64,000 nucleotides of DNA. It comes from Candidatus Bathyarchaeota archaeon. GTDB taxonomy: Archaea; Thermoproteota; Bathyarchaeia; 40CM-2-53-6. Below are positions 11,215 to 20,629 of this stretch, one piece after another; within the stretch, counting starts at the first letter, position 1, and each line of letters starts with the position of its first letter. A program made the position numbers and the translations under genes. The DNA lies in NCBI GenBank assembly GCA_963706285.1, contig CAVPLU010000009.1:64001-128000 (forward strand). Direction: 5' to 3'. A model generated the notes under the pieces. The model searched no databases. It was not told the DNA's origin and saw nothing but the letters and a program-made list of their open reading frames with translations.

Positions 11215-11930
11215 TCGCACGCGGTTTGTATCGATCTTCCTTGACGAGTTCACTTCGAGCATCACCAGCACTGCTCCGTCTGAGAATTGGTGGATCTGAA
11301 GCGCTTGACCATGTTCCGTTGTCCGATCATGTACGGCAGCCAGCTGTGGCTAAGCACACAGGTCGACCAGAGCGACTAATGAGAAGATCGTTCCTTCTTC
11401 GATTACAGGTCAAGGATACCGAAACCATATCAGCTGGAATGACCGGCTTGTCGGTTAGATCGCCGATGTCATAGCGCAGGAGCGGGAACGATGGGTTGTT
11501 CAAACTGATATGATAACCTATAGTGATTGCTCTCTGTGGTAGTGTTTCAACGATTACAAGATCATCTCTCACCGTAGATTATGCTGATTATCCTCATACG
11601 CGATAACGGGGCACTCTGCGGCACGTACTCTGGACGACATTTGTATGAATGCACGCTGGACAGTATCGCTCATATCTTGTGTGACACCTCCGAGGTATTA
11701 ACAACTGATGGCCCAACACCACCCACCGGACTCGTAGAGGTGTTCTCCGATTTCGTACGAGTAGATTGTGTGGAGGTGCTGTGTGGAGGGATCTATGATT
11801 GGATCGTCTGAAGTGATCGCGCGTGAGCGGATCATTACGTAGATCGTGTGGACCGCAGATGGTTTCCAGTTTCCAACCTTAAAACCGTGTGAAATAACCC
11901 GAGCGCCCTTCCTAGGCTCTCGCTCCATCT
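11215..11930 (-). pseudogene. CapK/PaaK-like ligase paralog 2, garbled
   Basis: LNNPSFPLLRYDIGDLTDKPV and RRNDLLISRSGRPV match paralog 1 but with different synonymous codons; left and right limits approximate. Confidence 0.7.
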
Positions 11931-12064
11931 TGCGTTGGAGCCTTTCTCCTCGACTTTGACAACGGTGCCGAAAATTGTCGTGTAACTTGAATGCTCACGC
12001 TTATATCAATTCCATTCAGAATGAGATGAGAAACACATTGAGAATTCACATTAGCAACAATGCA

Positions 12065-13673
12065 ATGACGCGAATGCATGGATTGATAATCATCATAATA
12101 GTCGTAGTCGTTGCCGCGCTGGGAGCGTACTACAACCAGCCCGAGCAACGGAAAAGGAAACTCGTGGTTGACTTCTGGTATGAATCGTCAGGGCATTTTC
12201 CCCAGAGCGAGGACCAAGCCATGCTGTACAAGGCACAGCTGGAACGAACAGGACTAATCACCGTCAACCTACATTCTGCCGACTATCCAAGCTATAGGAA
12301 GAACAGAGCCGCCGACATCATGCCTGTATTCATGGCTGGCTGGTATCCGGACTATTTGGATCCTGATAATTTTGTCCTTATGATGCATTCCAAGTGGGGA
12401 GGATTCCTGCACACATACTACAGTAATCCCGAGATGGACGGACTAATCGAGCTAGCCCGAGTGGCGTTGGACCAGGCAACAAGGAATCAACTCTACCAAC
12501 AAATTCAGAAGATCATGGTTGAGGATGCGCCCATCGTGCCAGTCTGGCAGGGTACTAATTGGGCGATAACTAACCCAGATGTAGAACGCGTTGTACTTGA
12601 CATAACGGAATACCTTCGCTACTGGCTCATCGAGAGCTCAAGAGACACATTGATTCTTGGAACCACAGACTCAGTGGCGACTAACCTAGACCCAGCTGAA
12701 GCTTACGATTACTTCGGAATGAACGTTTTTCTGAACACGGGAGCGGGGCTCGTCTACATCGAAGCTGGCTCACAAGCAGGTCCGGAAGACTTCACGCCCG
12801 GATTGGCGACAAATTGGTCATCAAGCCCGAATGGGCTCACGTGGACCTTGGATCTAAGGCAGGGCGTGAAGTTCTACGACGGAACAGAATTCAACGCAAG
12901 TCATGTGAAGTACAGTTTCGACAGATCCATGAGCCTTTACCTTCCAGACAGCGCTCAGGCTGCGATTGGGTACAAGGACATCATTGACAGAGTGCAAGTG
13001 ACCTCCAAGTATCAGATTATGTTTCACCTCAAGATTCCGTTCGCTCCCTTCCTCGCGCTGATGGCGTATCCTGGGTCTTACATTGTCAACCCTAAGCTAG
13101 CTTCGCTGGACAAGACAGTCAACTACGTGGAAGGGGACGCTCGCGCGAGCAACCCGAACGATCTAGGACCTTACGTACTGACGTCGTGGGTTAGGAAGGC
13201 TGGGAAAGACTATGAGATGCGGTACGATGCTAACCCGAACTATTGGGGGATCGGTGACGGATACCCAAAGACGCGAGCACATTGTTGTAAGATTCTATTC
13301 CGATGCTACCACGCTAGCCAATGCCATGAAGTCCGGAGATATCGACATTGCCCATAGGCAGCTGGCGGCAACCGATATCAAGAACTTCCAAACCGACCCA
13401 ACTGTGAAGGTCTGGCAAGGCACCGGTGCCTACGTACAGTACATCTGTTTCCAAGAGAAGATACCCCCGTTCGATAACTCCAAGGTAAGACAGGCAATTG
13501 CCGCAGCACTCAACAGACAAGAGGTAGTGGACACCGTTTTCCTAGGGCAGGCAGCGCCTCTCTACAGCATGATACCGAACGGAATGGCGTTCCACCAAGA
13601 CGCATACAAGATCCTTGGAGACGCAAACACCTCCCTCACCGTGAGCATGCTGCAAGAACTGGGCTACGGTTAG
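12065..13673 (+). CDS. Family 5 (DppA/OppA-type) ABC solute-binding protein, circularly permuted (frameshift near 13272)
   Basis: N-terminal TM; GWYPDYLDPDNF, YSNPEMDGLI and LDPAEAYD, PGLATNW, LRQGVKFYDGTEFNA, PPFDNSKVRQAIAAALNR motifs in swapped order. Confidence 0.88.
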
Positions 13674-14012
13674 AACATTTTCAATCCATTTCAACGCTCA
13701 GCAAGTCATCGGATCCATCAAGCAGATGCTGCTTTGCCGCCTACAGACGACCCCTGCCTAGAGAAAGCTCGTTGCTTCCTAGCACACCGGAATCTTCGAC
13801 CAATCGCTCTTTGTCTGTTCTACCTAGGAACAAACCGTAACTTCGTCTTCGGGTCTCTTAGTGTGTGCGCACCGGCCCAAACACAGCACAGTGAGTCCAG
13901 ATCACGATATCCGCATTTAGTCAGCACAGTAGAGGACAGAGTTTCTTGCGTCTCGATTTGAAGGACTGCTATCGATTATCGCTGCGCGCCGTTTATGGCC
14001 TTAGGTGATCAC

Positions 14013-14134
14013 GATTCCGCTTCCGATTCAGGCGCCGCAATTTCGTTGCCAGTTGCTCTCATCGATACGAAAATAGGATCAAGCGCCACAAGATCTGAGT
14101 TCGTTGCCACTCGAAGGGACGGGCTGTGAGGGTA
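14013..14134 (+). repeat. Imperfect direct repeat, right copy
   Basis: gattcaggcgccgcaatttcgttgccagttgctctcatcgatacgaaa...gggacgggctgtgagg. Confidence 0.9.
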
Positions 14135-14449
14135 TCATGAGCGGAGGCTGGATTCGTATCTTGCATCCCTTAACTGCTGGTTTAGCCGCTTCACTTTCGC
14201 TGCGATGTCTTTGAAATCGAACTGTTCTACGCTGAAGCGTGCTAGGTCAACCTCCCACGCTTCCTGTCCCGACTGTGCATCTTTTCTCAGTTGCCATCGA
14301 TAGAATCGGATATCTCGAGTGCCCATCTCGGATTCTACCGCCACAATAGCCATGATCAGGTTCGGAGAACGGTAGATATCGAACCCACCAAGCTGCTTAA
14401 GGAACTCGCCTTCTCGAATGGGATAGTCTCTTCTGAACTCCTCACTCAC
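14135..14449 (-). CDS. Hypothetical protein (beta-rich then helix; possibly PC4-like)
   Basis: GGTGA SD-like motif and GTG start; RDIRFYRWQ segment; fold is a guess. Confidence 0.6.
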   Translation of the reverse strand: MSEEFRRDYPIREGEFLKQLGGFDIYRSPNLIMAIVAVESEMGTRDIRFYRWQLRKDAQSGQEAWEVDLARFSVEQFDFKDIAAKVKRLNQQLRDARYESSLRS

Positions 14450-14603
14450 CTACTGGTCACCTCTCAAGGATCCGTACACTCGTGACTGCTCCGCTGTCCC
14501 GAATAGCCACACGACACGTATTGAGCAACCATGGACGTTAAGCCTTCCTCGGCACAACTCGGACACATAACCGCACTCCAATCCGTCGCAGGACCCCTCC
14601 TCC

Positions 14604-15899
14604 TCAACCGAGAATCAAGTAGAGCAGGAAACCGTTGAACAAGATGATGACTCCAATGAAGATTGCTGCAAGGATTGTCGTGATTCTTCTGTTAACGAAG
14701 GAGCCCATTAGGTTCTTGTCATTTGTGAGTATCAGAAGGGGCAATAGAGGAAGCGGGACCAGTAAGCTCAAGGCGACTTGGCTGTAGACGAGAATTAGAA
14801 GCGGCTCTATTCCAGCGAGGATCGCGATTGTGGTTGGAATGGTGTTTATCAAACGTGTAACAATTCTTCGAATCCAGAGGTTCATCTTCCGACCGAGCAT
14901 TCCTTCCATGATTGCCTGTCCTGCAATAGTGGCTGTAGTTGAAGATGAGAGTCCTGAGGCGAGCAGGGTTATTCCAAACACAGTAGCTGCGGCCGGCCCA
15001 AAGAGAGGTTGAAGAGTAAGATAAGCGTCCTGAATTGTGGCAACGTTCGATTGATGCGATCCGAACGCTGCTGCGGCCATCACCATAATCGCAGCATTGA
15101 CAAGGCCTGCAAAAGTGAACATGATAATGCTCTCAGCAATATGGAGTCGCATCACTCGGCGTTTCGTTTCTATGCTTGGCTCGGTTACCTTATCGTTCGC
15201 AAGGGCCGAGTGAACGAAAATTGCGTGCGGCATGACAGTCGCGCCTATCACACCCACCGCGATTAGAACTCTATCGGTAGAGGCGAGGTTAGGAATAATC
15301 GACCCTGCTATCACAGGGGCCAGACTGGGCCCGGTAATGAGAATTTCGAAAACGTATCCAATCCCTATCGTTAGCACAAGGCTCATGAAAAAGTACTCCA
15401 GACGACGAACCTTACCTCCTGTCAATCCCATGACTAGAATAACATCTAGAACCGAAAGGAACGTTCCATAGAGGAGTGGTATTCCGAAAAGTAGGTTGAA
15501 GGCAATGACGGTGCCGAGAAACTCTGCGAGGTCGGTCATCACGGTGGCCACTTCAGAAGCAAACCAGTAGGACAAAATGTAGGCAGGTCTACTGAGGCGA
15601 AGACGTATGAGCTCCGGAAGAGAATGCCCTGTAGCTATACCGAGCTTTCCAGAAAGGTATTGCAGCAGCATAGCCATGACTCCGGCCAGCCAGACAATCC
15701 AGAGCATGCTATAACCAAACGAGGCACCTCCGCTGATATCTGTCCCATAATTACCCGGGTCCATGTAAGCTACGCTTACCATAAGCGCGGGACCGAAGTA
15801 GTTCCACAGATCACGCCAGAAGCTACTCGAGTTCGTGGAAGCCTCAGTTCTTGGACCTCGCACCTCTCTTGCCGTCCTGTGGCTACTCGCGTCAGCCAA
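14604..15899 (-). CDS. mntH: Nramp family divalent metal (Mn/Fe) transporter
   Basis: AYMDPGN, DLAEFLG, GATVMPH, TIAGQAIMEG. Confidence 0.95.
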   Translation of the reverse strand: MADASSHRTAREVRGPRTEASTNSSSFWRDLWNYFGPALMVSVAYMDPGNYGTDISGGASFGYSMLWIVWLAGVMAMLLQYLSGKLGIATGHSLPELIRLRLSRPAYILSYWFASEVATVMTDLAEFLGTVIAFNLLFGIPLLYGTFLSVLDVILVMGLTGGKVRRLEYFFMSLVLTIGIGYVFEILITGPSLAPVIAGSIIPNLASTDRVLIAVGVIGATVMPHAIFVHSALANDKVTEPSIETKRRVMRLHIAESIIMFTFAGLVNAAIMVMAAAAFGSHQSNVATIQDAYLTLQPLFGPAAATVFGITLLASGLSSSTTATIAGQAIMEGMLGRKMNLWIRRIVTRLINTIPTTIAILAGIEPLLILVYSQVALSLLVPLPLLPLLILTNDKNLMGSFVNRRITTILAAIFIGVIILFNGFLLYLILG

Positions 15900-15970
15900 A
15901 TGGCTTCTTCAGCTGACACGCTCACAGCGGGATCGATGTCGACTTCGGGAAATCCTTGTTAGGTGTCTTG

Positions 15971-17611
15971 TCACATCATGCCCATTCCGGGAGGCATACC
16001 TCCCCCGGGCGGTCCGCCAGCAGGTCCCTTTTCTCCCTTAGACGAAACTACGTCGTCGATACGGAGAATCATGCATGCTACTTCCGTTGATGACTTGATG
16101 GCTTGCTGTTTGACGCGAAGAGGCTCAATCACTTTCTCTTTGAGCATGTCAGCCACCTTTCCATCGTAGACGCTGACACCAAACCACTTGTTTCCGCTGT
16201 TCTGGTGCTTCATTCTTAGTTCAATCATGATGTCGATAGGGTCGAGTCCTGCATTCTGTGCGAGCGTCAATGGTATTGATTCGACAGCTTCTGCAAAGGA
16301 TTGAACGCCCAACTGCTCTCTTCCTCCAACCTTGACTGCAAAGTCACGAAGTTGCTTTGCCAGTTCCGCCTCAATAGAGCCTCCACCAGCAACGATCTTG
16401 CCGTCCTCAACGACGTTTCGGACTACGCAAAGGGCGTCGTGAATTGATCGTTCAGCTTCCTCGATAACGTGTTCGGAGCCGCCTCGTATCATAATGGTCA
16501 CCGCCTTCGGGTCTTTGCATTCCCTAATGTAGAGTAGCTTGTCGTCACCGATCTTGACCTCCTCTATCAGCTTGGCTTCGCCTAAGGATTCAGCGCCTAG
16601 ATCCTTCAGGGTCGCCACGATTTTCCCACCGGTTGCTCTTCCAAGTTTTTCCATGTCGCCGCTGCTAAGGTTCTTCGCGGCGAGGATTCCTCGTCTTGCA
16701 AGATAATGCAGAACAATGTCGTCAATACCTTTCTCGGATAACACTACGTTGGCCTTTGAATCGGCGATCTTCTCCACCATCTGCCTCATCGTTTTTTCCT
16801 CTTCATCTAGGAACGTTTTCATCTGGTCTGGGCTTTCGATAGTGATCTTTGCTTCGATCTCTGTCTTCTCAATCTCGAGCTTGGTATTGAGAAGGGCGAT
16901 TCTGGCTTTCTCTACTCGTTTCGGCATCCCTGGGTGAGCGATCTCCTTGTCGATGACGATACCTTTGATCAACTCTGTTTGATCTATTCCTTCGCCGCGT
17001 TTTTTCAACACTTTTATCCTATCGATATCTGCTTTGATCTTTCCATTCGAGTTCTCCATTACTTGTGTAACAGCTGAGGTGGCGAGTTGGGCAAGGTAGT
17101 CTTTGCTGGTTGCTACTGTCTTGGTTCCCATTGATGTGCTTGCTATCTGGCGTAGGGTTTTGATATCGGTCGAGTCTACCGTGATAGCTAGGGAGTCCAG
17201 GATCTGGAGAGCTTCAGCTGAACCTTTCTTGTAACCGTCTATGATGATCGTCGGGTGAACGTCCTGATCCATTAGTTCTTGAGCTTTCGAGAGAAGCTCC
17301 CCCGCCAGTATGACTGCCGTGGTCGTGCCATCGCCGACCTCGTTGTCTTGGCTTTTTGCAACTTCCACGAGCATCTTCGCCGCGGGATGTTGAACGTCGA
17401 ATTCCTTCATGATCGTGGCGCCGTCGCTAGTTATGACGACGTCCCCCATGCCGCTCACAAGCATCTTGTCCATTCCAAGCGGACCTAGTGTCGTTCGTAT
17501 AGTCTCAGTAACAATCTTGGCCGCCATGATGTTGCTTCGTTGAGCATCGTGACCCTTGCTTTCTGTTGATCCTTCCCGAAGAATGTAGATCGGCATTGTT
17601 CCTTCAGACAA
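15971..17611 (-). CDS. Thermosome (group II chaperonin) subunit
   Basis: [33 protein letters not shown]-rich tail; likely start TTG 17611 or ATG 17596; alpha/beta not assignable. Confidence 0.97.
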   Translation of the reverse strand: MSEGTMPIYILREGSTESKGHDAQRSNIMAAKIVTETIRTTLGPLGMDKMLVSGMGDVVITSDGATIMKEFDVQHPAAKMLVEVAKSQDNEVGDGTTTAVILAGELLSKAQELMDQDVHPTIIIDGYKKGSAEALQILDSLAITVDSTDIKTLRQIASTSMGTKTVATSKDYLAQLATSAVTQVMENSNGKIKADIDRIKVLKKRGEGIDQTELIKGIVIDKEIAHPGMPKRVEKARIALLNTKLEIEKTEIEAKITIESPDQMKTFLDEEEKTMRQMVEKIADSKANVVLSEKGIDDIVLHYLARRGILAAKNLSSGDMEKLGRATGGKIVATLKDLGAESLGEAKLIEEVKIGDDKLLYIRECKDPKAVTIMIRGGSEHVIEEAERSIHDALCVVRNVVEDGKIVAGGGSIEAELAKQLRDFAVKVGGREQLGVQSFAEAVESIPLTLAQNAGLDPIDIMIELRMKHQNSGNKWFGVSVYDGKVADMLKEKVIEPLRVKQQAIKSSTEVACMILRIDDVVSSKGEKGPAGGPPGGGMPPGMGMM

Positions 17612-17695
17612 CTTAATCCAAACCGTTAACAGGATGGGCTGCCCGCTTGATAAACCAAGCACCCGTAACGGGTCTTAGCAAGGAATGTGGCCGTG

Positions 17696-17803
17696 ATGGG
17701 TTGGTACTGTCCAAAGTGCCGTTCGGTGTTCGTTGAGTTTCAATCCACTTGTCCATACTGCCTTGTACGGCTGAGAAAGTCGAAGTACGAGGACCGGATC
17801 TAG
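17696..17803 (+). CDS. 35-aa zinc-ribbon microprotein MGWYCPKCRSVFVEFQSTCPYCLVRLRKSKYEDRI
   Basis: Read manually; CPKC...CPYC; divergent from thermosome. Confidence 0.7.
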   Translation: MGWYCPKCRSVFVEFQSTCPYCLVRLRKSKYEDRI

Positions 17804-17853
17804 CCGAAACAGAACAAAGCCATCCCTACCGCCTCAGGATGGTGGTTTGAGCC

Positions 17854-18003
17854 TCATCGGTGGGTCGTGAATGATTTTCGACATTGTTCTGAGCAGAAAA
17901 CGTACCCTTTGGATAGGATGGGGTTCTCGATTTTCTTGCCGCAATTCGAACAGTATTTCCCATGAGTTCCGTTCGCTACCTCATTCAACGATGCGCACAC
18001 CAT
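17854..18003 (-). CDS. 49-aa TRASH-like metal-binding microprotein
   Basis: Read manually: ...KYCSNCGKKIENPILSKGYVFCSEQCRKSF (CxxC...FCSxxC). Confidence 0.65.
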   Translation of the reverse strand: MVCASLNEVANGTHGKYCSNCGKKIENPILSKGYVFCSEQCRKSFTTHR

Positions 18004-18441
18004 TTACTTGCTTTCGTTGTCGCTCATATGCCTTGCGAGCAAGACCGCTGAAGATTCAGATTATAAGCGCGGGCACGGAATCGTTGATCGAGAAGATTTG
18101 TCCGCACGCAAACGCGACCGCAAGTGGAAGGAAGAGTGGACTGGCCTAAGAACGGGAGAGTCGAAGCCACGAACCCGCGGAGTCAAGAGAAGAGAGAAGG
18201 GAGCAAAGGGAAAGTTCCGACTCCGAGGGATGGGAAAAGATGCAGGCGCCCGAAGCCGATGGAGGCCAAGACAGAACAGACAAAACAGAACGAGTCACCA
18301 AAGGTAAGAGACGTAACACTGAATAGAGCTGATAGATGTCTGGGAGTTTTGAGGTCTGACGTGGCTCTACTTCGCAATTCGTTCGAACCTATTGCCACGG
18401 GACTAGTTAGAAAACCAACATAGTTGGAGGTGAGAACAGGT

Positions 18442-18627
18442 ATGAGTCAAAGAGAGTACGAAGTTGAGATGACCAACGATCGCAAGAAGCTAATAGAGTT
18501 GCTTCAGCAGGGATTCAACTACATCTGCGATTACGAGGGCATGAAAGTACTCCGGAAGGAGAGCGGGAAATCCCGCAGGCGGAGAGAATTCATTAAGAGC
18601 TATTCCAGCCATCAACGAGAGACATAA
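18442..18627 (+). CDS. Small protein resembling the C-terminal tail of archaeal tyrosine integrases
   Basis: GGAGGTG SD; LIELLQQGFNYICDYEGMKVLRK. Confidence 0.5.
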   Translation: MSQREYEVEMTNDRKKLIELLQQGFNYICDYEGMKVLRKESGKSRRRREFIKSYSSHQRET

Positions 18628-18865
18628 TGAAGCGGAGAGCAGGCGAATGCGTCCGGGCGAGTCATTTCTTCTTGCTCCAGTAATCAAGATGACCTCGACA
18701 AATGCTAGGGAGAGTTCTCGCACTACGCGTGAATCAACGTGCAAAATTCCTCGGTTCGCATTTCTAGCCTACGCTTCGGCAACACGAGACATCTCAACAC
18801 TGATAGAGACCAAAGGCCTTATGACCTTTGAAGATAACGAGCTAGAGAGCATAAGAGGAAGCCAA

Positions 18866-19000
18866 TTGCCCAGACGCAGTGGTCGGCAAAGAAGAAAGCG
18901 TGTTCACTCACGAAGAAACCCTACACGAAGAGGAAAGCGCACACGCATGGCGGAAAGAGACCGGAAGCGGAAAGCCGAGACAGGACCTACGAGGCCCTAG
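18866..19000 (+). CDS. 44-aa Arg/Lys-rich peptide (M)PRRSGRQRRKRVHSRRNPTRRGKRTRMAERDRKRKAETGPTRP
   Basis: TTG start after AGAGGA; very basic composition. Confidence 0.5.
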   Translation: MPRRSGRQRRKRVHSRRNPTRRGKRTRMAERDRKRKAETGPTRP

Positions 19001-19063
19001 CGGGGCCTACCGGGAAATATTATATACATCTTATGCCGGAAAAAATATTGAGGTCGTTAGACA

Positions 19064-19213
19064 TTGGATATACTGTGGGTTATTGTTATAGTTCTTGTAA
19101 TTCTCTGGCTCTTGGGCCTACTCAGCGGAATAGGGACTCTAGTTCACATATTGCTGGTCATCGTTCTGATTGTGATTGTGGTCAGGCTTCTTCAAGGGAG
19201 AAAAATATTCTAG
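19064..19213 (+). CDS. lmo0937-family-like small membrane protein (49 aa)
   Basis: Read manually: (M)DILWVIVIVLVILWLLGLLSGIGTLVHILLVIVLIVIVVRLLQGRKIF; GAGGT SD; upstream TTATATA. Confidence 0.8.
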   Translation: MDILWVIVIVLVILWLLGLLSGIGTLVHILLVIVLIVIVVRLLQGRKIF

Positions 19214-19236
19214 TTCGAATTTGAACAGGATGAAGA

Positions 19237-19488
19237 GTGGATTTTATGATATCGTCTTTGCTTGTTGCAAGCATTGTTCGGGTGCTTAACGAAATAGGTG
19301 TGAATCAGACTGCAGGTTCCATGGTTAATTCAGCCTATACGTGGCTGGTGACCCTGAGTCCGATCATGCTGATAATCTTGGGCGTAATCGTATTCATCGC
19401 TGGGAGGTTCGCGAAATGGATCGGCATCATAATGGTCATCGTCGGCGTCATCTTCCTAGTCCTACCGTACATACTAGGCGTGATCTAG
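19237..19488 (+). CDS. Small membrane protein
   Basis: Two to three hydrophobic helices in the C-terminal half. Confidence 0.7.
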   Translation: MDFMISSLLVASIVRVLNEIGVNQTAGSMVNSAYTWLVTLSPIMLIILGVIVFIAGRFAKWIGIIMVIVGVIFLVLPYILGVI

Positions 19489-19506
19489 CCAGAGTCTGTG
19501 TAACCT

Positions 19507-19725
19507 ATGAGTCATTCGAGTAATTACTGCGATCAGTGTGGCGCTAACCTGAAGCCACAGTTCCAGTTCCGTGAGAACCAGCCCATGCTGTTCTACTGCC
19601 TTCAGTGCAAAGCCCCTAGAACCGTCGTGGCCACAGAGCATAAGCACCGAACCGACTATGCAATGGCTGATTGCCCCGAATGCGGCTCAAAAATGAGCAC
19701 GTACGAAGCGAACCCTTCAGGATAG
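19507..19725 (+). CDS. Zinc-ribbon microprotein (three CxxC)
   Basis: CDQCG, CLQC, CPECG. Confidence 0.75.
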   Translation: MSHSSNYCDQCGANLKPQFQFRENQPMLFYCLQCKAPRTVVATEHKHRTDYAMADCPECGSKMSTYEANPSG

Positions 19726-19768
19726 AAGAGAGAATAACTGAAAAAGAGATTCAAGGGGTGATTTCAAG

Positions 19769-19888
19769 ATGGCGAAGAAAAGCAGAGGCGGCAGAATGAC
19801 TTCAGCTAAGAAGCGTGCGGCCAAGAGGGCTGGTGGGCGCGGTCCTGTAAGAAAGCGTTCGGCCGGTCGAAAGATTATGAGGACTTGA
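19769..19888 (+). CDS. 39-aa basic peptide MAKKSRGGRMTSAKKRAAKRAGGRGPVRKRSAGRKIMRT
   Basis: Read manually; GGGGTGA SD upstream; no acidic residues. Confidence 0.75.
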   Translation: MAKKSRGGRMTSAKKRAAKRAGGRGPVRKRSAGRKIMRT

Positions 19889-20010
19889 GACCTCATCGCA
19901 GTGAAACAGGCCCAATCATACGGCCCATGATGTGCTGCTCTCTCGTTAGTCATTCCGCGGGACTTCACATATGACCTGAAACGCCCCCAAACGCCACAGA
20001 ATGAGTCGCG

Positions 20011-20241
20011 TTGGTAGGCAGCCTTATCTTCCACCACTACCACCACTACTATCACCACTATTACTACTGGCGAAATGAAATGACCTTGATGAAATGCACC
20101 AACTGCGGCTACGTTCAAAACTACGGCGGCCGCCGCAACCTGACCTACACGTGCACCAACTGCAAACGCTCAGACATCGACCAACACGAAGCCGCCAACG
20201 CCTACCAGAAAGTGAAGCGGAAGGAGGCGAAAAAAGAATGA
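20011..20241 (+). CDS. Zinc-ribbon microprotein, possibly with His/Tyr-rich leader
   Basis: CTNCG...CTNC; in-frame FHHYHHYYHHYYYW upstream; true start could be ATG at 20080/20089; stop overlaps the next start (ATGA). Confidence 0.7.
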   Translation: MVGSLIFHHYHHYYHHYYYWRNEMTLMKCTNCGYVQNYGGRRNLTYTCTNCKRSDIDQHEAANAYQKVKRKEAKKE

Positions 20242-20627
20242 CAATGTCGTATTATCAGCCTCCTACCCAGTACCAGTATTATCAGCCACCGACTCAGTAC
20301 TATCAACCTCCTGCTCAGTACCAGTATTATCAGCCTCCTACCCAGTCCTATCAGCCACCGACTCAGTACTATCAACCTCCTGCTCAGTACCAGTATTATC
20401 AGCCTCCTACCCAGTCCTATCAGCCGCCCGCCGAGATGTACTCCTACCAGCCACCGACCCAGTCCTACTATCAGCCTCCTACCCAATACTACAACTATCA
20501 GCCTCCTACCCAATACTACAACTATCAGCCTCCTACCCAATACTATCAGCCACCGAGCCAGATGTACTCCTATCAGCCTGCTAACCAGATGTACTCGTAT
20601 CAACCGCAAGGATTCAGAGTCCAGTGA
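20238..20627 (+). CDS. 129-aa Tyr/Gln/Pro tandem-repeat protein (15 YQPP[TAS]Q-type units)
   Basis: AAGGAGG SD; ATG 20238; all repeat units are multiples of 3 nt with synonymous variation. Confidence 0.85.
   Translation: MTMSYYQPPTQYQYYQPPTQYYQPPAQYQYYQPPTQSYQPPTQYYQPPAQYQYYQPPTQSYQPPAEMYSYQPPTQSYYQPPTQYYNYQPPTQYYNYQPPTQYYQPPSQMYSYQPANQMYSYQPQGFRVQ
20250..20606 (+). repeat. Coding tandem repeats (21/24/27-nt units, exact 69-nt duplication starting at 20280 and 20349)
   Basis: tatcagcctcctacccag/caa units seen directly. Confidence 0.95.
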
Positions 20628-20629
20628 CA

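Noticed and set aside
17612-17662. N-terminal extension of the thermosome (LSSGQPIL...)
   Set aside because: It overlaps the probable promoter region; the resemblance to chaperonin N-termini may be chance, and a downstream start fits better.
20250-20606. CRISPR array
   Set aside because: No unique spacers; units are in-frame coding repeats; no cas genes in the window.
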